From: an uncultured Pseudomonadota bacterium
GTDB lineage: Bacteria > Pseudomonadota > Alphaproteobacteria > RF32 > CAG-239
Assembly (NCBI GenBank): GCA_902494875.1
Contig: CABUUO010000004.1
Span: forward strand, 37,878 to 101,877
Reading direction: 5' to 3'
Length of the DNA stretch: 64,000 nucleotides
This document shows, piece after piece, positions 20,128-28,728 of the stretch (position 1 is the stretch's first letter; every line of letters starts with the position of its first letter). The position numbers and the translations under genes are program-made. The notes under the pieces are model-generated. The model was not told where the DNA came from. It ran no database searches and saw only the letters and a list, made by a program, of their open reading frames with translations.

Positions 20128-23100
20128 ATGTCTGAGCCAAAGTTTGTCCATCTGCGCGTTCATACCGCTTATTCCCTGTCCGAAGGCGCCATGCTGGTAC
20201 CGAAGCTTATCCATAAGCTCCATGACCAGGGCGTTTCGGCCATTGCCATGACCGACACCGCCAATATGTTCGGCGGCAAGGCCATCTCCAAATATGCCGC
20301 GGACGAAGGAATTAAGCCGATTCTCGGCTGTCAGTTCTTTTTGCGCAATCCTGATGCCGATGATGTCTTAAAATCCAAGGGCCGCATTGTCGAACCGGAC
20401 AAAATTGTGTTGCTGGTTATGAACGAAGCCGGCTATATGAACATAATGAAGCTCATGAAGCGTTCCTATCTGGACAATCCGGGGCAGGGTGAGCGCGCGC
20501 AGCTTAAAATGTCTGATCTGGAAGAGTTAAACGACGGACTGATAGCTCTGACTGCCGGCGTGGAAGGGCCGGTCGGCCGGCTTCTGCTGGAAAACCGGAA
20601 AGACGAGGCCGAACAGACGCTCTTAAAACTGCGGGAGATTTTCAGCGACCGTCTTTATATGGAAATTTCGCGCATCGGTCTGGAAAGTGAACGCAAGACG
20701 GAGGACGTTTTTATCGACTGGGCTTATCAATATGACATTCCGCTGGTAGCGACCAATGAGGCTTTTTTCTTTGATGCGGATATGTATGAGGCGCACGATG
20801 CCCTGATTTGCATTGCCGAAGGCGAATATGTCGCCAATGAAAACCGCCGCCGTTTTTCGCCGAACAACCGTCTGCGCAGTGAAAAGGAAATGGTGGAGCT
20901 TTTTGCCGATCTGCCGGAAGCCGTTGAAAATACGGTCAGAATAGCCATGCGTTGCAATTATCTCTCTTCTAAGGTTCAGCCCTTGCTGCCTATTTTTGAA
21001 TGCCCCGGCGGCAGGACGCAGGACGAATACATTACCGAACAGGCTTACAAAGGCTTAAAGGAACGCATGGAGGCTCACGTCTACTTTGAGGGTATGACCG
21101 CGGAGCAGAAAAAGGAAATCGACGAACGTTATTATGCCAGACTGGAATATGAGCTGAGCGTTATCAAAAAGATGGGTTTCCCCGGTTACTTTCTGATCGT
21201 GTCGGACTTTATCCAGTGGTCAAAGACTCACGGTGTACCGGTCGGTCCCGGACGTGGTTCCGGCGCGGGTTCAATTGTGGCCTGGTCTTTAAAGATTACC
21301 GATTTGGATCCGTTGAAGCTGGATCTTCTGTTTGAGCGTTTCCTAAATCCCGAACGTGTTAATATGCCCGACTTTGACGTCGACTTCTGTCAGGAAAACC
21401 GCTACAAAACTATTGAATACGTGCAAAATAAATATGGTTTTGACCATGTGGCGCAGATTATTACCTATGGCAAACTTCAGGCCAAAAACGTGATTCGTGA
21501 CGTAGCCCGCGTCCTGCAAATGCCGTATTCTCAGGCCGATAAGATTTCTAAAATGATTCCGCCCGGCGTTCAGGGTAAAAACCCGACCTTGCAGGAATCT
21601 TTGGATCAGGTGCCCGAACTGGAAGAAATGCGCCAAAACGATCCGCAGATTAACAAGTTGTTTGACATCGGCATGAAACTGGAAGGTTTGTACCGTCAGT
21701 CCGGTATGCATGCGGCCGGCGTCGTTATCGGCGACCGTCCTTTGGATCAGCTGGTGCCGCTGTATAAAGATCCCAAGGCTGATATGCCGGTGACCCAGTA
21801 TGATATGAAGTTCGTGGAAGAAACCGGTCTGATAAAGTTTGACTTTTTGGGCTTGAAAACCCTTACCGTTATCAAACGTGCGGTTGACTGGGTAAATAAA
21901 ATTCACAATGTCGGTCTTGATATCGAAAAAGTGCCGTTGGATGACAAGGCGACTTATGAAATGCTGGCCAGAGGAGACACCTCGGCGGTTTTCCAGTTTG
22001 AATCTCCCGGCATGAAAGACGTGCACAAACAAATTAAACCCGACCGATTTGAAGACCTGATCGCTATCGTGTCCTTGTACCGTCCGGGGCCGATGGACAA
22101 CATTCCGACCTACATCAAGCGCAAGCACGGTGAAGAGGAGATCACTTATCTGCATCCTGACCTGGCGCCGATTCTGGGCGAAACTTACGGTATTATGGTC
22201 TATCAGGAACAGGTTATGAAAATTGCTCAGGTTTTGGGCGGCTATACGCTGGGCGGCGCCGACAAGCTGCGTAAGGTTATGGGTAAAAAAATGCGCGACG
22301 AGATTCCCAAACAGCGTGCCATGTTTACCGAGGGCGCCGTTAAAAAAGGCATTCCCGAAGCTACAGCCGCCGCCATTTTTGACCAGATGGAGAAATTTGC
22401 GTCTTATGGCTTCAACAAGTCGCACGCGGCAGCCTATTCTCTGGTTTCTTATCAAACCGCTTATCTGAAGGCGCACTATCCGGTCGAGTTTATGTGCGCG
22501 GTTATGTCCCTTGATATGACCAACGTTGACAAACTTCTGATTTATAAGGAAGAGTGCAAAAAGATGGGTTTCCGGGTTCTGCCGCCGGACATAAACCATT
22601 CCGATGCTGATTTTGCTGTGGAAAACGGCAATATACGCTATGCTCTGGGCGCTATAAAAGGCGTCGGTGCGGCCAATATGCAAAGCATTGTGGAAGAGCG
22701 TCGCAAACACGGTCCCTATAAGGATTTGTCTGATTTTATCCATCGGACCGACGTTAAGCAAATCAACCGCCGTCAGTTGGAGCAGCTTACCAAGGCCGGT
22801 GCTTTCGATTCAATAGAGACCAACCGTGGCAAAATTTTTGCCAATATTGAAACCATAATGCAGCATATTTCTTCGGCCACGGAATTAAAAACCAGTTCTC
22901 AGGCGTCTCTGTTCGGCACCGAAGAACTGCACACTAAGGTCAAACTGGCCGACAAGCCGGACTGGCCGGAGCTGGAAAAATTGAAACTGGAGGCGGAAGC
23001 CATCGGTTTTTATCTTTCGGCGCATCCGTTAGACAGCTACGGCCGCGGTATGGAGCGTCTGGGCGTCAAAAGCGCGGCGGAAGTTTTTGGCAGCATTAAA

Positions 23101-23598
23101 GTGGGTGATACCATCCGTGCCAAGCTGGCCGGCTGTGTCAACTCTTTTCAAAAGCGTATCAGCAAATCCGGCAACAAATATGCTTTTCTTGAGCTTTCCG
23201 ACGGTACCAGCAATTTTGAAGGCCTGCTGTTTTCGGAAGGTCTGGCCAAATATGAAGATGTTATCAATTCCGGCGTTCCTCTGCTGGTGAGCATTGTCAT
23301 TACCAAAGAAAACGAAGAAGCCAGTCCCCGCGTGATGATCAACAGCGTTGAAACGTTGGACAAGGCAATTGCGGATGTGGCCAACGGTATGGTGATTTAT
23401 GTCAATAACGTTTCCGCGGTCAAAAGTATCAAGGAAATTTTAAGTCACGATAGAAACGGAACCAATAAGATATATATAAAACCGGAGCACCCCGAATGGG
23501 ATGTGAGAATTGAGCTGCCGGGCGGCTTTGCCTTTATTAACGATATTATCACCAAAATAAGGGCGGTCACCGGCGTTACAACCATAAAGGAAATCTGA
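20128..23598 (+). CDS. dnaE: DNA polymerase III subunit alpha
   Basis: PHP domain (FVHLRVHTAYSLSEGA), polymerase core (GPGRGSGAGSIVAW, PDFDVDFC), 1156 aa. Confidence 0.97.
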   Translation: MSEPKFVHLRVHTAYSLSEGAMLVPKLIHKLHDQGVSAIAMTDTANMFGGKAISKYAADEGIKPILGCQFFLRNPDADDVLKSKGRIVEPDKIVLLVMNEAGYMNIMKLMKRSYLDNPGQGERAQLKMSDLEELNDGLIALTAGVEGPVGRLLLENRKDEAEQTLLKLREIFSDRLYMEISRIGLESERKTEDVFIDWAYQYDIPLVATNEAFFFDADMYEAHDALICIAEGEYVANENRRRFSPNNRLRSEKEMVELFADLPEAVENTVRIAMRCNYLSSKVQPLLPIFECPGGRTQDEYITEQAYKGLKERMEAHVYFEGMTAEQKKEIDERYYARLEYELSVIKKMGFPGYFLIVSDFIQWSKTHGVPVGPGRGSGAGSIVAWSLKITDLDPLKLDLLFERFLNPERVNMPDFDVDFCQENRYKTIEYVQNKYGFDHVAQIITYGKLQAKNVIRDVARVLQMPYSQADKISKMIPPGVQGKNPTLQESLDQVPELEEMRQNDPQINKLFDIGMKLEGLYRQSGMHAAGVVIGDRPLDQLVPLYKDPKADMPVTQYDMKFVEETGLIKFDFLGLKTLTVIKRAVDWVNKIHNVGLDIEKVPLDDKATYEMLARGDTSAVFQFESPGMKDVHKQIKPDRFEDLIAIVSLYRPGPMDNIPTYIKRKHGEEEITYLHPDLAPILGETYGIMVYQEQVMKIAQVLGGYTLGGADKLRKVMGKKMRDEIPKQRAMFTEGAVKKGIPEATAAAIFDQMEKFASYGFNKSHAAAYSLVSYQTAYLKAHYPVEFMCAVMSLDMTNVDKLLIYKEECKKMGFRVLPPDINHSDADFAVENGNIRYALGAIKGVGAANMQSIVEERRKHGPYKDLSDFIHRTDVKQINRRQLEQLTKAGAFDSIETNRGKIFANIETIMQHISSATELKTSSQASLFGTEELHTKVKLADKPDWPELEKLKLEAEAIGFYLSAHPLDSYGRGMERLGVKSAAEVFGSIKVGDTIRAKLAGCVNSFQKRISKSGNKYAFLELSDGTSNFEGLLFSEGLAKYEDVINSGVPLLVSIVITKENEEASPRVMINSVETLDKAIADVANGMVIYVNNVSAVKSIKEILSHDRNGTNKIYIKPEHPEWDVRIELPGGFAFINDIITKIRAVTGVTTIKEI

Positions 23599-23600
23599 CC

Positions 23601-24497
23601 ATGGATAAACTTTTAGCTTTTCTCAGAGAAAAATTTTCTTCTTGTCCCTGTTTTCAGAAAGGCGGGTGTTTGTGCCCGGAAGTTGACGAAACCGCGGTAA
23701 AAAGAGTTAGAGTACCATTTTTTAAAATATGCTTTCGGCCGTTTTCGCTGTTGTTGGACAACGGCCGCGCTTTTTTTCTGACGGCGCTGCCTTATGCCGC
23801 GCTGATAACGCTGTTCGCGCTTCTTTGCGGCTTTGGCTATATGTGTATCTATTCGTCCGGCGGATATTGTTCCGATTCCGCGATAATGTATGTTTTCTAC
23901 AGCCTGTTGAAATTGTTTTTGGTGACGCTGTTTGCGCTCAAATGGTATCAGGCCGGCCCGCAGGGTGCGGTGCTGACGCTGCGGGAGCTTTTTTCTGTGG
24001 ACCGTCGTTGCTTTAAGCTTTTGGGGCTTTTTCTGCTGGTGGTTTTTATCAACTTCCTGCCGATGATTTCCACCATGATTCTTTATGTCCGGGTACCCAA
24101 TCCGGATTGGAGGGTTGAGATTTTGTTTTTTGCGCTGGTATCCGTTGGATATGTCATTCCTTTTCTGGCTGTCCGTTTTTATGCCGTGATTGCTTTCGTG
24201 CTCTGCGGCTGCAAGGTTCCGCCGCTAAAAGAAATCTGGCTTAAAAATTCCGGCAATCTGATGAATCTTTTGGCCGGTCTGTTTCTCATATTCATATTGC
24301 TGTTTTTCATTTTTGGCAGTCTGTATCGTAATTTTCAGCCGGCAGCCCTTTCGGCCGGCCTCTATCTGAACATTGTGTCTGAGTTTGTTTATAATCTGGT
24401 CTTTTTGCTGGGCATGGCTCTGTTTGTCGGCCACTGCCTGGTGGAAAAGCAAATCCTTTATCCGGAAGATGATGCGGAGGAAAAAGATGGAAAATAA
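23601..24497 (+). CDS. polytopic membrane protein, paralog A (function unknown)
   Basis: ATG lies 2 nt after the dnaE stop. Multiple TM helices. Shares RFY(A/L)V and K(E/S)xW...GN motifs with the next ORF. Confidence 0.6.
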   Translation: MDKLLAFLREKFSSCPCFQKGGCLCPEVDETAVKRVRVPFFKICFRPFSLLLDNGRAFFLTALPYAALITLFALLCGFGYMCIYSSGGYCSDSAIMYVFYSLLKLFLVTLFALKWYQAGPQGAVLTLRELFSVDRRCFKLLGLFLLVVFINFLPMISTMILYVRVPNPDWRVEILFFALVSVGYVIPFLAVRFYAVIAFVLCGCKVPPLKEIWLKNSGNLMNLLAGLFLIFILLFFIFGSLYRNFQPAALSAGLYLNIVSEFVYNLVFLLGMALFVGHCLVEKQILYPEDDAEEKDGK

Positions 24498-25287
24498 AAT
24501 TAATTTGCCTTTTTTTGAAACCGTGCGCCGCAGTTTTATCTATGTGTTTCTGCATGGGCAGACCGCTTTTAGAATCTGCGCGGCCTGGTCGGTGCTGTTG
24601 GTCTTTGAAATGGCTGTGGGCTTTCCCGTCTTGTGCAGCCTCAATGCCGATACCTGCAGCGGAGGTTTGTTGCAGAACCTTTCGGTTGTTTTGCTTTCTC
24701 TGGCCGGCATTTCTATTATCACTGCCTTTTGTCGACACATTATTCTGCATCAGGAATACCCGGGTTACTGGAATCTGCATTTCGGTCGCCGCGAACTGCG
24801 GTATCTGCTCCGCAGCCTGATTTACGGCCTGATCGTTTTTCTGCCGGTTTTCTTTCTTGGCATTCTGACGGCCGTTGCCGGTTATAACGGCAAAGCCGTT
24901 TCGTCTGGCGTCTCGCTGCTGGTCTTGTGTGTTATGATTTTTGTGGCTGTTTTAAGCGCGCGTTTTTATTTGGTTTTTCCGGCCGCGGCAGTGGACGGCC
25001 ATCAGGAAATAACTTTTCGGAAATCATGGGAAATAACCCAAGGCAATGCAAATAAGATATTCTGGGGACAGGTTTTGATGATGCTTCCGGTTTTTGTCGT
25101 CTTATTGCTTTTGTCCGTGACCTATCGCGCCTTGGGCAGCGACAATTATATGCTGAAACTCTGTTTTTCCGCGTTGATGATAGCGGTTTCTTTTGTTGAC
25201 ACGCTGCTGAAAGCCTCATATTTCTCGCATCTTTATCAATATTTTATGTATTTTTACCGAAGGGATTCAAAATCTGAGAAGGCTTAA
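24487..25287 (+). CDS. polytopic membrane protein, paralog B (function unknown)
   Basis: Start moved to ATG 24487 (MENKINLPFFETV), overlapping the paralog A stop by 11 nt. Same architecture and motifs as paralog A. Confidence 0.6.
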   Translation: MENKINLPFFETVRRSFIYVFLHGQTAFRICAAWSVLLVFEMAVGFPVLCSLNADTCSGGLLQNLSVVLLSLAGISIITAFCRHIILHQEYPGYWNLHFGRRELRYLLRSLIYGLIVFLPVFFLGILTAVAGYNGKAVSSGVSLLVLCVMIFVAVLSARFYLVFPAAAVDGHQEITFRKSWEITQGNANKIFWGQVLMMLPVFVVLLLLSVTYRALGSDNYMLKLCFSALMIAVSFVDTLLKASYFSHLYQYFMYFYRRDSKSEKA

Positions 25288-25290
25288 ATG

Positions 25291-25320
25291 AAAAGCGCCC
25301 GGTTGTTCCGGGCTCTTTTC
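25291..25320. terminator. bidirectional terminator
   Basis: AGCGCCCGG-ttgtt-CCGGGCTCT flanked by A and T runs, between convergent genes. Confidence 0.75.
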
Positions 25321-27475
25321 ATATTTTTTTGATGAGTTCGTTGATAATGTCGAGTTTGTAATAATTTTTATTGCTGTCATTGGGACGGTAATATTCTTCG
25401 GCATCCATGGCAAAAATGGCGGCCTGGTTCATGACAAACTCTTTCCCCAGACCGATGTCTGCGGCCTTGCGCACCAGCAGATCGTTATATTCCTTGGCGT
25501 CATTGACCGAGGCGCTGAGCAGCCCGCCGCGCTGGGCGTAAAGCTTGCTGTATTCCATGATGATGTAAATAATCGCCGGAAAGATCAGTGCCGTTGCCGG
25601 ATGAACTACGGCACACAGCAAAAACCATTCAAAGGCAAGAAAGATTCCGGCCAGTATTTTAACGGCAATTCCCAGCCATTTTTTAGCATATTTTTTTCTG
25701 ATTAAAAATATGTTGAAAGCCATGGCAGCGGTACAGGCCAGCATAAACACGGCGGTATAGGCGGTGTCGATGGCCAGAGCCGCAATGCCGAGTTCGGCAA
25801 AAACCAGCATTCCGACGCTGAACAAAATATAGCCGATGTTAAGTTTCAGGCTGATGAACTTAATCTGCTGGCGAATGCCTTTGGTGATGTTGTCCAGAGC
25901 GCGTTTGATTTTGAGCATGGAATAGGAGTTGACGTTAAGCACCGCCTCGCTGCCGGTAAACAGGTTGTTTACGGCTTTTTTCTCATATTTTGAAAGCGAT
26001 TTGACATTGTCTGTCTTTTTCACCAGCAGAATATTGCCGTCGTTTTCCTCAATATCAATGATGTTTTTGCGGTATAAGTCGAGCAGAAAAGCCCCGAAGG
26101 ACTTCCGGTCGATCAGACCTTTCCTCAGATAGCGCAGGATCGGACCGTCTTTGTGTGTACTCAAAACCTTATAGTTTTTGTTTTTGCGGATATAACGCCA
26201 GGAGAAAAAATAAGACAGCAAAATGGCCGTCAGTCCGAGAACCGAAAAGACAATGTCGCCGAATTCGTTCATGAACAACAGAAAGCGCTTGGTCGGCGTA
26301 AGGTTGGAGATGGATCCTTTGGGAATGGAAACAATAATCTGCATACCCTGACCGATAAACAGCGGATACGGAGAAACAAAACCCAGAACATTGTCTGCTT
26401 CTTTGCTGATGATGACGGCGTTTTCATCCCACAGTCCCGGATATCCGGACACGGCAGTCTGCCCCAGCGGTTTGGTGTTAGGCGGCATAATCAGCGCTGC
26501 GCCGGCCCGGGCAATGACCAGATTCCAGACACTGCCGGTAATGTCCCAGTAAAATTCGTCAAATTCGTTATATCTGAAAATCTGGTTGTCAATCAGATAG
26601 TTGAATTGGTAAGTATAAACGCCGGGGCGCAGGTCGTCGTTTTGGGGCTCAAGGAAGATATAATTTCCTCTTTCAACGGTCTTATAGGGAATCTCCTGAC
26701 CGTTAACGTTGACGCCTAACAGTTGAAAGTCAATTTTCTGACGCTTCCCTTCGCGGGTCAGGACATATTTGGGAAAGGCTCTGGTTACGCCCTTTTTCAG
26801 ATTCTCGCCGTTGGCGACAATCACGATGGTGTCGCTGATGTTGGTCAGGCCGTCGGGTGTCAGTTCAATTCGCGAAAACAGATAAGGAATATGTTCCTGT
26901 GCCGGAATCAGAGTTTTGGTTCCGGCCGGGGGCAGGGTTGCTTCAATAACGTCAATATTGGCTTTTTTCCAAGCCTCGTGCTGAGCTGCCAGCATCCGTC
27001 GTTTTTGTTCTTCAAGGCCGGCCTGTCTTCGGGCGGCGTCTTCGGGCGTATAGAGCTTGGCCGTCGGCTGCGGATCTTTGGGACTGATGAGCTTGTTCAT
27101 GGCATTGTCGTAAATTCGCTCAAAGGTAGATTTTTTTGCTTCGTTTTCTTTTTCAATCTGCTCAAGGCTTTTCTGCGCGTTGATGGCGCCGTCGCCGCCG
27201 AGGCCGTCTCCTTTGTCCAAGGTGGTTTTAACTACTTTTTGCAGCCTTTCTTTGAGATATATTTCCATTTCCTCGGAACTCATGCCCTGAAGCTGTTGCC
27301 GGGCTTGGCTGATTTCAGCGCTTTCGGCAATGGGATTCCGGCTGCTTTCAAGCGCGGCGTTGGCATCGGCAACCGAACGGACGGCTGCGGCCGCCTCGAA
27401 AGAAAGGCATCCGGAAAAAAAGAAACAAACGGCAAAAAAAAGTTTTCCCATGAAAAGACTCATCACTGTTAACAA
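25319..27475 (-). CDS. DUF2207-like membrane protein with an N-terminal coiled-coil extension
   Basis: Signal peptide, about 170 aa of charged helical sequence, a beta-rich ectodomain with FDEFYWDITGSVWNL, then several C-terminal TM helices. Confidence 0.55.
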   Translation of the reverse strand: MLTVMSLFMGKLFFAVCFFFSGCLSFEAAAAVRSVADANAALESSRNPIAESAEISQARQQLQGMSSEEMEIYLKERLQKVVKTTLDKGDGLGGDGAINAQKSLEQIEKENEAKKSTFERIYDNAMNKLISPKDPQPTAKLYTPEDAARRQAGLEEQKRRMLAAQHEAWKKANIDVIEATLPPAGTKTLIPAQEHIPYLFSRIELTPDGLTNISDTIVIVANGENLKKGVTRAFPKYVLTREGKRQKIDFQLLGVNVNGQEIPYKTVERGNYIFLEPQNDDLRPGVYTYQFNYLIDNQIFRYNEFDEFYWDITGSVWNLVIARAGAALIMPPNTKPLGQTAVSGYPGLWDENAVIISKEADNVLGFVSPYPLFIGQGMQIIVSIPKGSISNLTPTKRFLLFMNEFGDIVFSVLGLTAILLSYFFSWRYIRKNKNYKVLSTHKDGPILRYLRKGLIDRKSFGAFLLDLYRKNIIDIEENDGNILLVKKTDNVKSLSKYEKKAVNNLFTGSEAVLNVNSYSMLKIKRALDNITKGIRQQIKFISLKLNIGYILFSVGMLVFAELGIAALAIDTAYTAVFMLACTAAMAFNIFLIRKKYAKKWLGIAVKILAGIFLAFEWFLLCAVVHPATALIFPAIIYIIMEYSKLYAQRGGLLSASVNDAKEYNDLLVRKAADIGLGKEFVMNQAAIFAMDAEEYYRPNDSNKNYYKLDIINELIKKI

Positions 27476-27535
27476 AAATTATATATCTGTTAATATAAAC
27501 TCAGATTCATTAAGAAAAGATTATGAAAAGGAGAT

Positions 27536-28276
27536 ATGTTCATGAATAATAAAGTAGCCGCCGTCATTTTGGGAGCCGGCAAAGGAACCCGTATGAAGTC
27601 AGATCTGCCCAAGGTGATGATGCCGGTCTGCGGCAAGCCGATGATCCGCCATATCATAGACACGCTGGAACAGATTAAGGTTGATGAAATCGTAACTGTT
27701 ATTGCGCCGGACGGAGATATTGTCAAAAAGGAAGTGGCGCCGTACAAAACCTGCGTACAGGACAAACAGTTGGGTACCGGACATGCTGTCAAATGCGCGC
27801 GCGAAGCGCTCAAGGGTTTTGACGGCGACGTTCTGGTCATTTTCGGCGATCAGCCTCTTTATACCAAGGCTACCATTGAAAAGATACTGAACAAACGTCG
27901 CGAAGGATACAGCATCGTCTGTCTCGGCTTTGTTCCTGAAGATGCGGCACGCTATGGCCGCCTGATTATGAAAGACGGAGAATTGCAGCGCATTGTCGAA
28001 TATAAAGACGCAAACGAAGAAGAACGCGCGGTCAAATTCTGCAATTCAGGCATGATGTGTTTCGACGGCGGAAAAATGTTTGACATTTTGGATGAACTTT
28101 CCGATGAAAATGCCGCCGGCGAATATTATCTTACCGATGCGGTAGCCATTGCTCTGAGCCGCGGCCTGAAATGCAGCGCCGTCGAATGTCCCGTCAATGA
28201 GGCCGCCGCAGCCAATACCAGAGAAGAATTGGCAATGCTGGAAGAACTGCTGAAAGAAAGAAACGGAAAAAATTAA
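27536..28276 (+). CDS. GlmU-like UDP-N-acetylglucosamine pyrophosphorylase domain only (no LbH acetyltransferase domain)
   Basis: AAVILGAGKGTRMKSDLPKVMMPVCGKPM, QLGTGHAV and EYYLTD match the GlmU N-domain. The ORF ends after about 246 aa. Confidence 0.75.
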   Translation: MFMNNKVAAVILGAGKGTRMKSDLPKVMMPVCGKPMIRHIIDTLEQIKVDEIVTVIAPDGDIVKKEVAPYKTCVQDKQLGTGHAVKCAREALKGFDGDVLVIFGDQPLYTKATIEKILNKRREGYSIVCLGFVPEDAARYGRLIMKDGELQRIVEYKDANEEERAVKFCNSGMMCFDGGKMFDILDELSDENAAGEYYLTDAVAIALSRGLKCSAVECPVNEAAAANTREELAMLEELLKERNGKN

Positions 28277-28728
28277 TGGCCTTTGTCAGACAATATTGGT
28301 TTGGTTTTCTGAGCTCGCTGATTTTGGCGTGCGGTTTCTTTTTGTTTGTGCTGGTGCTGCTTTCTCCGCGCCAGGATATTCGGAAACGGGGCTTTATCCC
28401 CTGCACGGAAGCCATGGCCGAAGGAATTTTGTCCTGTCCGAAAGACGGATATTACACGTGCTTGTTCGGCCATATCCTGCGAAACAGCTGGTGCGACGCC
28501 AAAGTCATCGGCCGCGGTGTCAGCCTCTGGGTTGAAGGAAAACAGAAAACGCCGTGGGCCAATTATATTTTTGAACCGGAGTTGCAGGTTGACGAATATC
28601 CCGATGACGAAATTCTTCAGGAATTCTACGACAATAATCCGGATATGGAATTTGATTTGCATAAGTTAAACAATTTAAGCCGCGAGCTTGATGAAAAACT
28701 GAAGAAAGAGGAAAGTAAAAATGACTGA
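28276..28728 (+). CDS. hypothetical membrane-anchored Cys-rich protein
   Basis: ATG overlaps the upstream stop region (TAATGG). One N-terminal TM helix. Overlaps the pepF start by 8 nt. Confidence 0.5.
   Translation: MAFVRQYWFGFLSSLILACGFFLFVLVLLSPRQDIRKRGFIPCTEAMAEGILSCPKDGYYTCLFGHILRNSWCDAKVIGRGVSLWVEGKQKTPWANYIFEPELQVDEYPDDEILQEFYDNNPDMEFDLHKLNNLSRELDEKLKKEESKND

Noticed and set aside
21343-22761. 472-aa ORF antisense to dnaE. Similar long antisense ORFs lie at 18882-19898 (prfA), 8733-9629 (sdaA), 57307-58155 (fba), 62654-63451 (tgt), 28754-29545 (pepF), 26153-27472 (DUF2207 gene), 13656-14393 (ptsP) and 51528-52343 (diguanylate cyclase).
   Set aside because: These are shadow ORFs opposite strongly supported genes. 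Their translations are low-complexity, rich in R, G, F, N and Q, and have no motifs. This is typical of stop-poor antisense frames.
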